Shown here: piece after piece, positions 19,135 to 29,137 of the stretch
Position numbering within the stretch: the stretch's first letter is position 1
How the letters are laid out: every line of letters begins with the position of its first letter
Made by a program: the position numbers and the translations under genes
Virus record (IMG/VR): IMGVR_UViG_3300021387_000147
Reading direction: 5' to 3' (one strand)
DNA: 64,000 nucleotides
From: a virus
Taxonomy: Duplodnaviria; Caudoviricetes
The notes under the pieces: generated by a model
Told to the model about the DNA's origin: nothing
Seen by the model: the letters and a program-made list of their open reading frames with translations, nothing else
Databases searched by the model: none

Positions 19135-20643
19135 TTAGTATTTGCGAACAATATTTTGTTCATTATACATATTATTTATAGTACTCCAAATCTGTTTGCA
19201 GCGAACTGCTAAACCAGAATTTGGATCTTCTGAAATTCTTATTGAAGCTTCAGTCTGATTTATTAACTCACCAGTATCAGGATCAACAATTGTTTCATCA
19301 TTACTAATATCTGAACCATCAGTCATATAATCAATTACTGGAGTATAATTTGGAACGTCTACTGGAGTATACTTTGGTAAATTATCTAACAAAATATAAT
19401 CACATCCATCTTTAACGTATACATTACCTTCATCATCAATAAATGTATGACTTAAAATCCAAGATCTGCTATATTTATTACCCGAACTTTTTTGATTTAG
19501 TCCGATATAAATTGTCTTACTTGGCTTAGCTTTCAATGTTGTAGTTTTCTTGGTCTTCTTTTCATAAAAAGCATTTACTATAGTATCACTATTTGTTAAA
19601 TACTTCTTATACATTTTCTTTGCTGTCCATTGACCGGTCTTTATACCATTTACTGCAGCCTTAGTACTATCCCATGCATTCTTAATATCTCTTCCAGATA
19701 ATTGACCAGGGAATACATGTGATGCATTTTCATATCCTTTAAATCCAACCTTAACTTCTGTTGGATTGACCATAATCTGATTTAATTGGTCAATGTTATC
19801 AATAACATCTTGACATATTTCTCTCATTGCTTCTACAGTTGAAACAATTGAAGCCTTAAATTCAGGGTCTAATTCATAAGTATCTCCGACCTGAACTAAG
19901 TGAACTGTTGCTAATACATCATTGAAGAAGTTCTGTGCAGTAGAAATTTCTGCACATGGGTTTAAATCAATGTTAATTTCACTATCAAGTTCTGAGAAAT
20001 TGGTACCAAATGCACAGTTAAAGAATCTAATCAATGCATTTAAGAAATCACATAAACCTTGATCCATGACAATATGAAGATAAGTGTCTAATTGGCCATT
20101 CAATATCTTCAATTTCTTTCCTAATAATTTATTATAGTTAATAGCACTTAATTTGAAAGTCTTTAATGATAGCTTAATAGCATCAATAGAGAATTCAATA
20201 CCAAATGAACTATTACATATAATATCTCTGAACTTCATATAGTCACCAATTAAATCACTTAAATGGTCTGCTATATTTTTCTGAGATTCACTTACACATT
20301 GATTTAATACATTCTTTTTAACTGATTTATAAAATGCAGAACCACTATCTAATAATTCTTGTAGAAGAGCCAAACAGTTCCACATATCATCACAAAGAAT
20401 AGGAATTTTTCCTGGTCCATCTATCAGCAACGGTTTTATATTCTTACGAATATCTTCTATAGACTGATTAATCTTTTTAACTGCGTCAGACATAGTTAAG
20501 CGGATGACATTCTTTATGCCATCTGCTACCTTAATCAATTTCTTAACATATTCCTTACATATCTTTTCAATCTTTTCAATAGCTTTCTTTAGCTTCTGAA
20601 AAGTTGAATATATGTAATCACATAATACGTCAGTTAAACCCAT
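19135..20643 (-). CDS. Hypothetical protein in tail module
   Basis: 502-aa ORF coupled to tail tube genes. Confidence 0.65.
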   Translation of the reverse strand: MGLTDVLCDYIYSTFQKLKKAIEKIEKICKEYVKKLIKVADGIKNVIRLTMSDAVKKINQSIEDIRKNIKPLLIDGPGKIPILCDDMWNCLALLQELLDSGSAFYKSVKKNVLNQCVSESQKNIADHLSDLIGDYMKFRDIICNSSFGIEFSIDAIKLSLKTFKLSAINYNKLLGKKLKILNGQLDTYLHIVMDQGLCDFLNALIRFFNCAFGTNFSELDSEINIDLNPCAEISTAQNFFNDVLATVHLVQVGDTYELDPEFKASIVSTVEAMREICQDVIDNIDQLNQIMVNPTEVKVGFKGYENASHVFPGQLSGRDIKNAWDSTKAAVNGIKTGQWTAKKMYKKYLTNSDTIVNAFYEKKTKKTTTLKAKPSKTIYIGLNQKSSGNKYSRSWILSHTFIDDEGNVYVKDGCDYILLDNLPKYTPVDVPNYTPVIDYMTDGSDISNDETIVDPDTGELINQTEASIRISEDPNSGLAVRCKQIWSTINNMYNEQNIVRKY

Positions 20644-21296
20644 TAAACACTCACTATACTTGCTTTACCACTATTCAATGAAATAGCGCCAGTTTTTGCT
20701 GTTGGTGCTGATGCAGATTGATCACCTTGCATTGCATTAACTACTCCATCTGGAACACCTGCAGCACCTTCATTAGGATTGTCTTTAGTCCAGAAATCAT
20801 AATGATATGAAAGTGAACATTTAATCATTTCTTCACCTTCATAAGACATTTGACCCATATCAAAATTTGTTAGAATACAATTTATATATGTGTATGTTGT
20901 AGTAGGCTGTAATTTTCTATCTCTCATTGTAAGTTTGATACTATCAAAAGTCATATCACGTTCAACATGTGGAAATGCCATTCTATTCTGTTGTAAACGT
21001 GCTAAGAAATTATAGATACCTTGATTTTCATCTTCTACACGAACATAGAATTGTAGTGTAGTATCACCAGAATACTTACGATTTATTGGATAAGAGCGTT
21101 CAGTACCTAAAAACATTTGTGTCACATATTGTGTTTCATATTTAGGTAAATCAATACTGATAGGCACCAAATTCTTAATTTGTTCATGCATATCTTCTCC
21201 ATGACGAGAAAGGAAAGTTATATCAAATAACCATCCTGGCTGTGGATCAGATAAAATCTCCATTCCGATTGCACCATTTTCCCAAATTGAATTCAT
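20643..21296 (-). CDS. Tail tube protein (gp19-like) paralogue
   Basis: SIDLPKYET..RKYSGDTTLQFY..YTYINCILTNFDMGQMSYE..SLSYHYDFW. Confidence 0.75.
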   Translation of the reverse strand: MNSIWENGAIGMEILSDPQPGWLFDITFLSRHGEDMHEQIKNLVPISIDLPKYETQYVTQMFLGTERSYPINRKYSGDTTLQFYVRVEDENQGIYNFLARLQQNRMAFPHVERDMTFDSIKLTMRDRKLQPTTTYTYINCILTNFDMGQMSYEGEEMIKCSLSYHYDFWTKDNPNEGAAGVPDGVVNAMQGDQSASAPTAKTGAISLNSGKASIVSV

Positions 21297-21297
21297 A

Positions 21298-21921
21298 CTA
21301 TGCCATTACTCCAGCTAAATCATTTGTTATAGTTTGTGTTGGATTTGTCACCTTCATATAATCAAATGAGAATGTTGCGCTCAATTTCATAACTTCATCT
21401 GAAGTATAATTAAATTCTGTTTCTCCAATTTGCATTAGCTTACAATTATAGAAAGTAATTATCTTAGATACAAAATTATCAGCACAATCTAAACCATATT
21501 CATAATTATCATTTGGCTTTAAAATCTTTATTATAATTTTATTATCGCCATTTTGATAACGATATATAGGATTTGTTGTTTCAGGTTTACCACCTTCTGG
21601 CCAATCTTGATTCATTGCAGTTCTATTCCATAAAGCTTGTAATGCTTGTGTGACATCCAAATTCTCATTTTCATTGAAATCGATAGTCAATTGATCTGCA
21701 TTATCAGCACGAGCAAGATGCATAAAAGTAACACCACCAAAATATGTTGGTATTACTGATGCTTTACGTTCAGCAATCTTTCCTGATGTTGCTGCCTTAT
21801 GTAATAAAGTTTGTGCATATTCTGGTAAATCAGAATATTGATTCCAAACAACCTCAAATGCCCATAATGGTTGAGGTGGTTTTTCATAGAAATCATTTGA
21901 CCAAATTGATTGTATTCCCAT
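21298..21921 (-). CDS. Tail tube protein (gp19-like) paralogue
   Basis: LTIDFNENEN..ITFYNCKLMQIGETEFNYTSDEVMKLSATFSFDY; late promoter 21926-21933. Confidence 0.75.
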   Translation of the reverse strand: MGIQSIWSNDFYEKPPQPLWAFEVVWNQYSDLPEYAQTLLHKAATSGKIAERKASVIPTYFGGVTFMHLARADNADQLTIDFNENENLDVTQALQALWNRTAMNQDWPEGGKPETTNPIYRYQNGDNKIIIKILKPNDNYEYGLDCADNFVSKIITFYNCKLMQIGETEFNYTSDEVMKLSATFSFDYMKVTNPTQTITNDLAGVMA

Positions 21922-21928
21922 ACTTTAT

Positions 21929-22717
21929 TTATACTACTAAATCGATAGCGCTATCTCTTGGATCTATATCTGAATTTACTGTATCTTTATGCGTAATAAT
22001 GAATTTACCAACATCTACGAAATTCTTTGTTTTAAATACTCGTAAATCTCCATTATAATGTTCTTTTAAGAATGGTATTAACTTTGTATCAATACGCCAT
22101 AGATAATTTGCATGTTCTTTTGGACGGCATGCATACATTTTAGAATCCGTAATCATTAAAATTTTATATGAATTAGGATTTACCAATGTATATCTATAGA
22201 ATGCTTCAGAAATATCTGGATAACAAATTGTTCTCCAATCATCCATGACTAAGATACCATTTGGTGATATAAATTGATCTGCCAATTTTAAATCTTCAAA
22301 TGCATTATATCCAGAGTGACCAGCATCTATATGTAGAAATCTTGTATTATTTCTATAATTAGTAGTCAATCCATCTTCATGTGTGACTTTAGTACTATCA
22401 ATATATTCTGTCTGTTTAGGTACCAAATCTACATAAGATAAAGAAATATTGGAAGTTTTCTTAATAGAATTTAATACAGTTGTTTTCATTCCTTCTTCAT
22501 TTAAAAGATGGTCAATACCTAAAACATGTTCTCCACCTTTCTTATGTTGAGCTAACTTACATAGACTCTTACCTTTAAATACACCAAATTCTACCAAATT
22601 ACCATATACGTTTTCTTCATTTTGTAATGATAAAAACCAATCCCATGTATATTGGTCTAATGGTTTAAAATAACCTTCTACAGTATCAATTTTTTCATTT
22701 ATATCTTTAAAGTCCAT
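21929..22717 (-). CDS. Class I SAM-dependent methyltransferase (Methyltransf_24-like)
   Basis: LVEFGVFKGKS, LGID, FLHIDAGHS, GILVMDDW. Confidence 0.8.
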   Translation of the reverse strand: MDFKDINEKIDTVEGYFKPLDQYTWDWFLSLQNEENVYGNLVEFGVFKGKSLCKLAQHKKGGEHVLGIDHLLNEEGMKTTVLNSIKKTSNISLSYVDLVPKQTEYIDSTKVTHEDGLTTNYRNNTRFLHIDAGHSGYNAFEDLKLADQFISPNGILVMDDWRTICYPDISEAFYRYTLVNPNSYKILMITDSKMYACRPKEHANYLWRIDTKLIPFLKEHYNGDLRVFKTKNFVDVGKFIITHKDTVNSDIDPRDSAIDLVV

Positions 22718-22802
22718 AATCTACCTATTTAATTTTATTCCTAAAATATAAAAAAGTCTAAGACTTTTGGTCTTAGACTTTAATAAATTATTTCTAATTT
22801 TC

Positions 22803-25800
22803 TTATTCTTCTTCAATAACCATTGATTTGTCTTTTTCGATAAAGATCTTAACATCAATGAATTCAATTGCTTCTGCAGGTAGAACCTTAATAGAAACAT
22901 TCATAATATGTGGATCATCCTTATCTTCAGTGACTGAAGTTGCATAAGCTAGAATACCTTCACCAGCCTTTACTCTATTCAAGAAGGAATCGATTACGTT
23001 CTTTGCTGAAGCACGAGTATTTGGTGTGTTCTGCTGGAATAGATATGGTTCCAATGCATACTTCAAGTTCTTTTCGATGAAGTTCAAACATCTACGAACG
23101 TTAATTCTATTCAATGAAGAGTTCTTCTTTAATGCAGTCTTCTGACCATATAGACATTCGCCATAAGCTGGACCACAATTCTTTGATGTATTGATATTGT
23201 TAATATACAATTCACCAACTTCATTGTCGGTTAGCTTCTTCAACTGACCATGTGTATATGTGATTTGACCTCTCTGAACACCTGCTGGAGCCATCCATGT
23301 TGCAACGTAGTTATCACAGTATGCCATTACGCATGCACCTGCAACTGACTTAGGTAGATAAATCCATGCACCAACATCACTGTTGTAGTATTTATCATAA
23401 CCTGCATACATTGCTACATAAGTACCATTATTGAATGAGAACTGCTTACCATCTGCTACCATCTGTTTTACAGTCTTATCATCCTTAGCAGTAACCTGAA
23501 TTACACCAATATCCATTGTTCTGTCAGCTGCAATTTGACCGATTGTTCTCTGGTGAGCAATATACTTCTGAGCTCTTGCACCGAAGGATTCAATTGCTTC
23601 ACAGTTGAATAGAATATCAATATCTGCTAAGTTAACATCACGATATAGTGACAATGCTGCAGTCTTTTCCTTGATTTCATTCTTCTGAGAGTTCTTACCA
23701 CCAGTTAACTGATAGATAGCGTAAGTCTGTTTTGGTTGCTGATATTTTGAACCAGCTTTTGCAACAGATGCTGATGCTCTTGAAACGTAGATATAATCAG
23801 AGTGACCATTAACTACTGTTGGAGCATACAATGAATTACCTTCAGTGTCCTTAGCGTATGGATCTAGAGAAACAAACCATGATTCAATTGGATCCTTTGT
23901 CAAAGCTTCCATACCATTACCCCAAGCTAACTTAGCGGTCTGTGATGGAGTCTTTGCATATACGTTAATACGGAATACCTTCTTCCAAGTTAAATCACGA
24001 GAGTTTTCATCCCATCCTTCTGGGTCTGCATCTACCAAGTCTTCATCATCATACTTATACTTCCACATGAAAGCATTTCTGTGATTTAGAGCTTCGATTT
24101 CAGAACATTCAGCAGTGATGATTGATACACCAATATCATTACCATACTTACCTGGACCAAGAGATGCGATAACAAACTGACCATCGAAGTTTGACTGATA
24201 ATGTTCAATATCACCATTACCTGGTTCATCTTCAGTTGAAGTTTCCAATGTATAACCATCTGCATAAGTCTTATCAACAGAGTTGAATAAGTAAGATGAT
24301 GGTTGTGCAACAATTGGATTAACTCTGATTACTTCTTCATATTTCATTTCATCATTGTAAATATGAGCTTCATAATCTTCCTGAATTGGTAACTGAGCTA
24401 ATTCTGGGAATTCAGCCTTGAATACAGAAACGATTGACTGCTTTGGTGATTCTTTTTCAGAATATAACCAGAACAAATCTTTTTCGATATGCTGTGGTTC
24501 ATTTGTATCTGATGTGATGTCTTCTACAACAATCTTTTCAATTACATCATTTTCCTTAATATCGAAGTACTTCATGTAATAATAGCTATTCAATTCAGAT
24601 ACATCACCTAAACCATATTCGTTAGCCATATCCATGACAATCTTCTTTGGAGTACGTGTATCAAAAATTGGATCAACTTCGTCCTTATTATCATTTAGAT
24701 ACATTGCAGAACATGCAGAACAGAATACTAGATGCTTATCTGGATCTGGTTCACCGTCTAATTCATGTTGACCTGCTAATGCAAATGTATTGTCTTGACG
24801 ACCATATTCTTTGAAGTAGATACCATAAGCTGGACCAATTTCTTCTTCATTAATGAAATCACTATCAACATAGTAAGATTTTCTTACTGATACGTCATCC
24901 CAGTCTAGTAATTCCCACTTCTGACATTCTAATAGACCATATCCAGAAGCATTAAATTCATCTTCAGATTTAACTACTTCATCCAAAGCAGTATAATTAT
25001 CTGGAATATAGAACATCTTAGACTTGAACAAATCAGAATAACCGATTGTCTTTGACTTATCATCTGCATTCTGAATTCCTGATACTGCAGAATATTCAGC
25101 TACATACTGAACTCTATGATTGATACCATCAACTGTATCTTTACTTGGAACAGTGAAAGAAATCTTTACACCTTCGTGTGCAGATAATGCTGAATTAGAC
25201 TTATCAGTCATCTTAGTATTACTTACAACAATATCAGCATACTGTAAATTATCACCTTTATCCCATGGATCATTTCTAATCATTAAGTTAGTATCTAACT
25301 TTAATGTATTACCACTAACGTCAACTAATGTAGGATAAACAACGTGTTTACCTTCTTCTGCAACGTTATTTGGACCAATCTTAAATACAATATTTTCAGT
25401 TCTTTCTGTCTTAATATCTGTGATATTTGCCCATAAAGCTTCTTGCTTTAGAGAATAACCAGAAGTTGCAGAAGTTGCAGCTTCATCAACAATCCATTCT
25501 GCTGTTTTCTGTCCAAGAATTTTATCATTATATTCTTTAATTAAGTTTGTTGTGACAGTTACATTATCTAATTGCTGTACTAGCTTTAGATCTGATGTAC
25601 CTTCATTATCATTAAACTTAAATACAGCAGTATCTTTTGAAAGATTCTGACCCTTAGATGATGCATTAGGGAATGCATACTGAATTTGGGAATACTGTTC
25701 ATCACCCATTGTAGCACGGACTGCATACAACTGATTTGAGTTTGCCAAATAGTTTTCTGCTGCAAAGTGACCATAATCGTCAAGTGCTTCAGGAGGTCCA

Positions 25801-25967
25801 AAGATTTCCTTGAATTCTCCATAATTACGAGAGACAGTTCTCATGTTAACTGGTCCCTTGTTTGACTTTATAGCAATTGCACCGATACCAATACCTGGTT
25901 CTGATACAGTTCTAATAGAATTGTCAATTTCTGTAAAATTGATTTTAGGCACTGTATATTTTGCCAT
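22803..25967 (-). CDS. gp18: Contractile tail sheath protein
   Basis: PKINFTEID N-terminus, KGPVN, PGKYGNDI, WMAPAG..RG, LYGQKT, RINVRR, AIEFI; late promoter 26038-26045. Confidence 0.93.
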   Translation of the reverse strand: MAKYTVPKINFTEIDNSIRTVSEPGIGIGAIAIKSNKGPVNMRTVSRNYGEFKEIFGPPEALDDYGHFAAENYLANSNQLYAVRATMGDEQYSQIQYAFPNASSKGQNLSKDTAVFKFNDNEGTSDLKLVQQLDNVTVTTNLIKEYNDKILGQKTAEWIVDEAATSATSGYSLKQEALWANITDIKTERTENIVFKIGPNNVAEEGKHVVYPTLVDVSGNTLKLDTNLMIRNDPWDKGDNLQYADIVVSNTKMTDKSNSALSAHEGVKISFTVPSKDTVDGINHRVQYVAEYSAVSGIQNADDKSKTIGYSDLFKSKMFYIPDNYTALDEVVKSEDEFNASGYGLLECQKWELLDWDDVSVRKSYYVDSDFINEEEIGPAYGIYFKEYGRQDNTFALAGQHELDGEPDPDKHLVFCSACSAMYLNDNKDEVDPIFDTRTPKKIVMDMANEYGLGDVSELNSYYYMKYFDIKENDVIEKIVVEDITSDTNEPQHIEKDLFWLYSEKESPKQSIVSVFKAEFPELAQLPIQEDYEAHIYNDEMKYEEVIRVNPIVAQPSSYLFNSVDKTYADGYTLETSTEDEPGNGDIEHYQSNFDGQFVIASLGPGKYGNDIGVSIITAECSEIEALNHRNAFMWKYKYDDEDLVDADPEGWDENSRDLTWKKVFRINVYAKTPSQTAKLAWGNGMEALTKDPIESWFVSLDPYAKDTEGNSLYAPTVVNGHSDYIYVSRASASVAKAGSKYQQPKQTYAIYQLTGGKNSQKNEIKEKTAALSLYRDVNLADIDILFNCEAIESFGARAQKYIAHQRTIGQIAADRTMDIGVIQVTAKDDKTVKQMVADGKQFSFNNGTYVAMYAGYDKYYNSDVGAWIYLPKSVAGACVMAYCDNYVATWMAPAGVQRGQITYTHGQLKKLTDNEVGELYINNINTSKNCGPAYGECLYGQKTALKKNSSLNRINVRRCLNFIEKNLKYALEPYLFQQNTPNTRASAKNVIDSFLNRVKAGEGILAYATSVTEDKDDPHIMNVSIKVLPAEAIEFIDVKIFIEKDKSMVIEEE

Positions 25968-26089
25968 ATTTTACCTCTTAAAATAAATTAAATAAACTTT
26001 GTATCACTCACTCACAACTTTCTATTATCCTATATTTTATTTATATCAATCATTTTAAGTATTTTGACAATAAAAAAGAGTGATTTTCA

Positions 26090-27235
26090 TCACTCTTTAT
26101 CTTTCTTAACGAATATCTCCATTAAACTAAATCCTACCAGATATAAACATCCAAGAACTAAGTATAACGTATTTCCTGTTATCAAGTTAGCTAATGTCGG
26201 TCCTATTATTCCAGCCACAGCCCATCCTGACAAAGTCATTGCATGCACTGTACTTACACTTGTACTTCCAAATCGTTTAGCTAATAATGAAGGTAAACAG
26301 CTAAAATTTCCTCCATAAGCATATTCTACCAATAATATACCTATCAGTGCAAGCCATGAAATCTGTGTGAAACATAAGAAACTTGCTATAATTCCAAAAC
26401 TACATACGTAATGATATGCCGCTTTTCTACCAATTTTATCTGACAAAGCACTCATTAAGAATCTACCTAAGATATTAAAGACTGCAGTCAAACTCATTAT
26501 AGTAGCTATTTCTTTAAATCCTAAACCTAATAACAAACTCTTTTCTTGTGATATAATTGCTAAACCACATGAAATATTGATACAGAACATTAACCAAACA
26601 GAGATATATTGCTTAGTCAAAAATACTGCATTCTTCAGAGTCATTATTGGAACTGCTGTATATATGGTACTTACATACGCAGGATTTGGCTTGAATAATA
26701 AATTACACATCATCATGATGAATAAGAATGCACCACATAATATCAAGAACATATACGGTAGTGCAACAGTACCTAATAAGAATTCAATTGCAGGAGCTGC
26801 GACAAATTTACCTAAACCAAATCCAGTAATTGCTAGTCCACTAGCCAATCCTTTATGATCTTCGAAATTACTCAACAATTGTTTAATAGGACAAACATAT
26901 CCTATACCAGTACCTGCTCCCATAAATGAACATGCAACATAATACAATGGAAGAATTCCAAAGAATGTTGATATGAACATTGAGAACATACCAATTGCAA
27001 ATAAAATTGTTGAAACAATACTCATTTTCTTAGGATTTAATTCAACTTGTCTACCAAAACAAGCAGCACACATACCTAAGAAAAAGATTATCAATGTAAA
27101 TCCAATATCTGTAGCAAACTTACTTATACCAAACAAAGTTTGCAAATCCATCGAATATTGTGAGAAATTATAAACTGTTCCTAAACAGGTTGGCAAAAAT
27201 ATGCCAGGTATCAATATATTTAAATATCTATTCAT
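26090..27235 (-). CDS. MFS transporter, oxalate/formate antiporter (OFA)-like
   Basis: About 12 hydrophobic segments; GIGYVCP..F.DHKGLASGLAITGFGLG, GRFLMSALSDKIGR, YGGNFSCLPS; likely start MNRY at 27235. Confidence 0.85.
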   Translation of the reverse strand: MNRYLNILIPGIFLPTCLGTVYNFSQYSMDLQTLFGISKFATDIGFTLIIFFLGMCAACFGRQVELNPKKMSIVSTILFAIGMFSMFISTFFGILPLYYVACSFMGAGTGIGYVCPIKQLLSNFEDHKGLASGLAITGFGLGKFVAAPAIEFLLGTVALPYMFLILCGAFLFIMMMCNLLFKPNPAYVSTIYTAVPIMTLKNAVFLTKQYISVWLMFCINISCGLAIISQEKSLLLGLGFKEIATIMSLTAVFNILGRFLMSALSDKIGRKAAYHYVCSFGIIASFLCFTQISWLALIGILLVEYAYGGNFSCLPSLLAKRFGSTSVSTVHAMTLSGWAVAGIIGPTLANLITGNTLYLVLGCLYLVGFSLMEIFVKKDKE

Positions 27236-27270
27236 AGTACTATATTTATGTAAAAGAAAAAGCACTATTT

Positions 27271-27558
27271 CTAGTGCTTTTTAAATTTCTTTATCAATAC
27301 AAATAATATAATTAAGAATATACTTGCTATAAAATAATTACATAGATTTGATATTAACCAGTGTCCAGTACTTATACTTACAAATAAAACATATAACGCA
27401 CTGAATATATTTCCTCCAAAATCCATCAAAAGCATCTTAAAACTTAAGCCTTCAGTAGATTTCTTTTTCCAACACTCCCATACTTGAGGTGCTGATTTAC
27501 ATGCAAATAAAACTGCACCAATAAAACCACTTATAATAGCTAATATCTCAATACTCAT
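27271..27558 (-). CDS. PQ-loop / SemiSWEET-like 3-TM transporter
   Basis: APQVWECWKKKSTEGLS PQ-loop motif, three TM segments; late promoter 27565-27572. Confidence 0.8.
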   Translation of the reverse strand: MSIEILAIISGFIGAVLFACKSAPQVWECWKKKSTEGLSFKMLLMDFGGNIFSALYVLFVSISTGHWLISNLCNYFIASIFLIILFVLIKKFKKH

Positions 27559-27567
27559 ACAAATTAT

Positions 27568-28026
27568 TTATAGTTCAGTCAATACAGTATTATATTCTAC
27601 AATCTTCTTCTTTCCTGATTCTGGATCTACTTCCTTACGCTTCAAGAACATAGCCAACTGAGTGTCCATATCCTTATCCAATTCCTTATAGAAAGTCAAA
27701 GTGTATTCAGTGTTAGGAACTCCAGTCTTATCAACCTTAATAACTGCTGCAATGTTTTCTAACTTTGCTTCAAACTGCATTCCTGCAAAATCAACTGTAT
27801 ACTTCATTCTATAATCTGTCAATGGAATGTTTACCTTATCCCAATTATCATTAGATGCTGATGCACTAAAGATATTTGACAAATCAATCTGTTTCTTGAA
27901 CTGTTGTGGTAAACCTCTAATTGTAGAATCTTCATTTACCTTTAACTGAAACATGACATAAACATCTTCCTTCTTGATATTTGGTTGAAATTTAGTCATA
28001 ACTGAATCGAATCTAACTGTATTCAT
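27568..28026 (-). CDS. Hypothetical protein
   Basis: 152-aa ORF with SD GAGGTAAA. Confidence 0.7.
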   Translation of the reverse strand: MNTVRFDSVMTKFQPNIKKEDVYVMFQLKVNEDSTIRGLPQQFKKQIDLSNIFSASASNDNWDKVNIPLTDYRMKYTVDFAGMQFEAKLENIAAVIKVDKTGVPNTEYTLTFYKELDKDMDTQLAMFLKRKEVDPESGKKKIVEYNTVLTEL

Positions 28027-28199
28027 CTTTTACCTCTTATTTTAAATGTTTTATACAAATATAATAATTTAAATGATCTTTATGTGTTATTATACTCTTC
28101 TTTTATTCTAATTTTTAATTGAAGATAATCAAATCTTCGATTTGATACAACTTCTATGAAGTTGTTATTAAATTTAATTGAATCTTATATACATGTTCT

Positions 28200-28547
28200 T
28201 CGGTGGTAGGAGCTAGGAGAGAATGAGCCTATCCAGGAAGAATAATTGGATAGGCACAAAGATATACATCACTTCGCTGTATAGGTTTTGCTTATCGGTC
28301 ATTCGAGACTTATATTCATGCTTACGGGTCGGTCATCCTGTACTCCGGCTACATCATGAAATGCTATGGCGGCATACGAATTACTTGCTAGATAATTCTT
28401 CGATACTGTATCGTTATTAGTGACAAGTTTACACTATCTACCTAATCATTTTATGTGCACTTACAGTTTTCATGCAAACGGCTCACCCTCTACCGATAGT
28501 TCCATTGAGTTGGTCTTCGCTCCGAGGAATGAGACTTGAAAATTTTA
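28200..28547 (-). ncRNA. Putative ~350-nt structured non-coding RNA (or origin transcript) of unknown family
   Basis: Locally GC-richer, non-coding; minus-strand promoter TTTTAC-17-TATATT (28582-28554); long-range helix 28480-28490/28219-28229 valid only on the minus strand (two G-U); several internal stems. Confidence 0.5.
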
Positions 28548-28693
28548 TGTTCAAATATAAATCATTAAAAAATTTTGTAAAACAGGCCTCATATAAATCT
28601 TCCAAATGTTTTGAAATTTCGGAAATATTGACTGATTACTGCAATTCCGACTTGGAAAAATTATATTATATTTGTGTTATCATAGGAGATTTT

Positions 28694-29137
28694 ATGAAGT
28701 TAGAAGACTTTATTTTAGATGAAAAGAAATTTGAAAGCATAGAAAAACAAGCAGAATTAGACTTGAATGGCATGCCAGATAATATAAAGGATGCCATGGA
28801 CTATAATGCTTTTCAACTTCCAAACATTCAGTTTGAATGGTCTCGTAGATTTAAGAGACAAAAATATGTAGTAGAATGTTTGAAAGATGAATTAAAAAAT
28901 CTATGGGGAAAGAAAGTAGAATATTATAAATTTAAGTCACAATATCATTGGGACACAACTAAAGAAATTGAGTCTCAAATTGAATGTGATCTTGAATGGT
29001 GTAAAAAGAAAAAGCTATATCAAATTCAGTGTTATTATCTTGAAAGCATTGAACAATGGTATGAGCTAATCAAGAAATTAGATTATAAAATACATGATTA
29101 TCTTGATTATAAGAAGATGGAGTTAACAAATTTCTAA
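28694..29137 (+). CDS. uvsY: Recombination mediator protein UvsY-like
   Basis: Start MKLED after SD AGGAG; helical 147 aa with KKVEYY..EIESQI..DL..YYLE..IKKLDYKIHDYLDYKKME pattern like T4 UvsY. Confidence 0.7.
   Translation: MKLEDFILDEKKFESIEKQAELDLNGMPDNIKDAMDYNAFQLPNIQFEWSRRFKRQKYVVECLKDELKNLWGKKVEYYKFKSQYHWDTTKEIESQIECDLEWCKKKKLYQIQCYYLESIEQWYELIKKLDYKIHDYLDYKKMELTNF

Noticed and set aside
28200-28547. tmRNA, tRNA, RNase P or group I intron identity
   Set aside because: No tRNA-like ends, T-loop, CCA or recognisable conserved core; no interrupted gene flanks it
28223-28693. ORF 28223..28420 and the N-terminal extension of 28472..29137
   Set aside because: Atypical composition and overlap with a structured non-coding region; a promoter and SD point to the start at 28694
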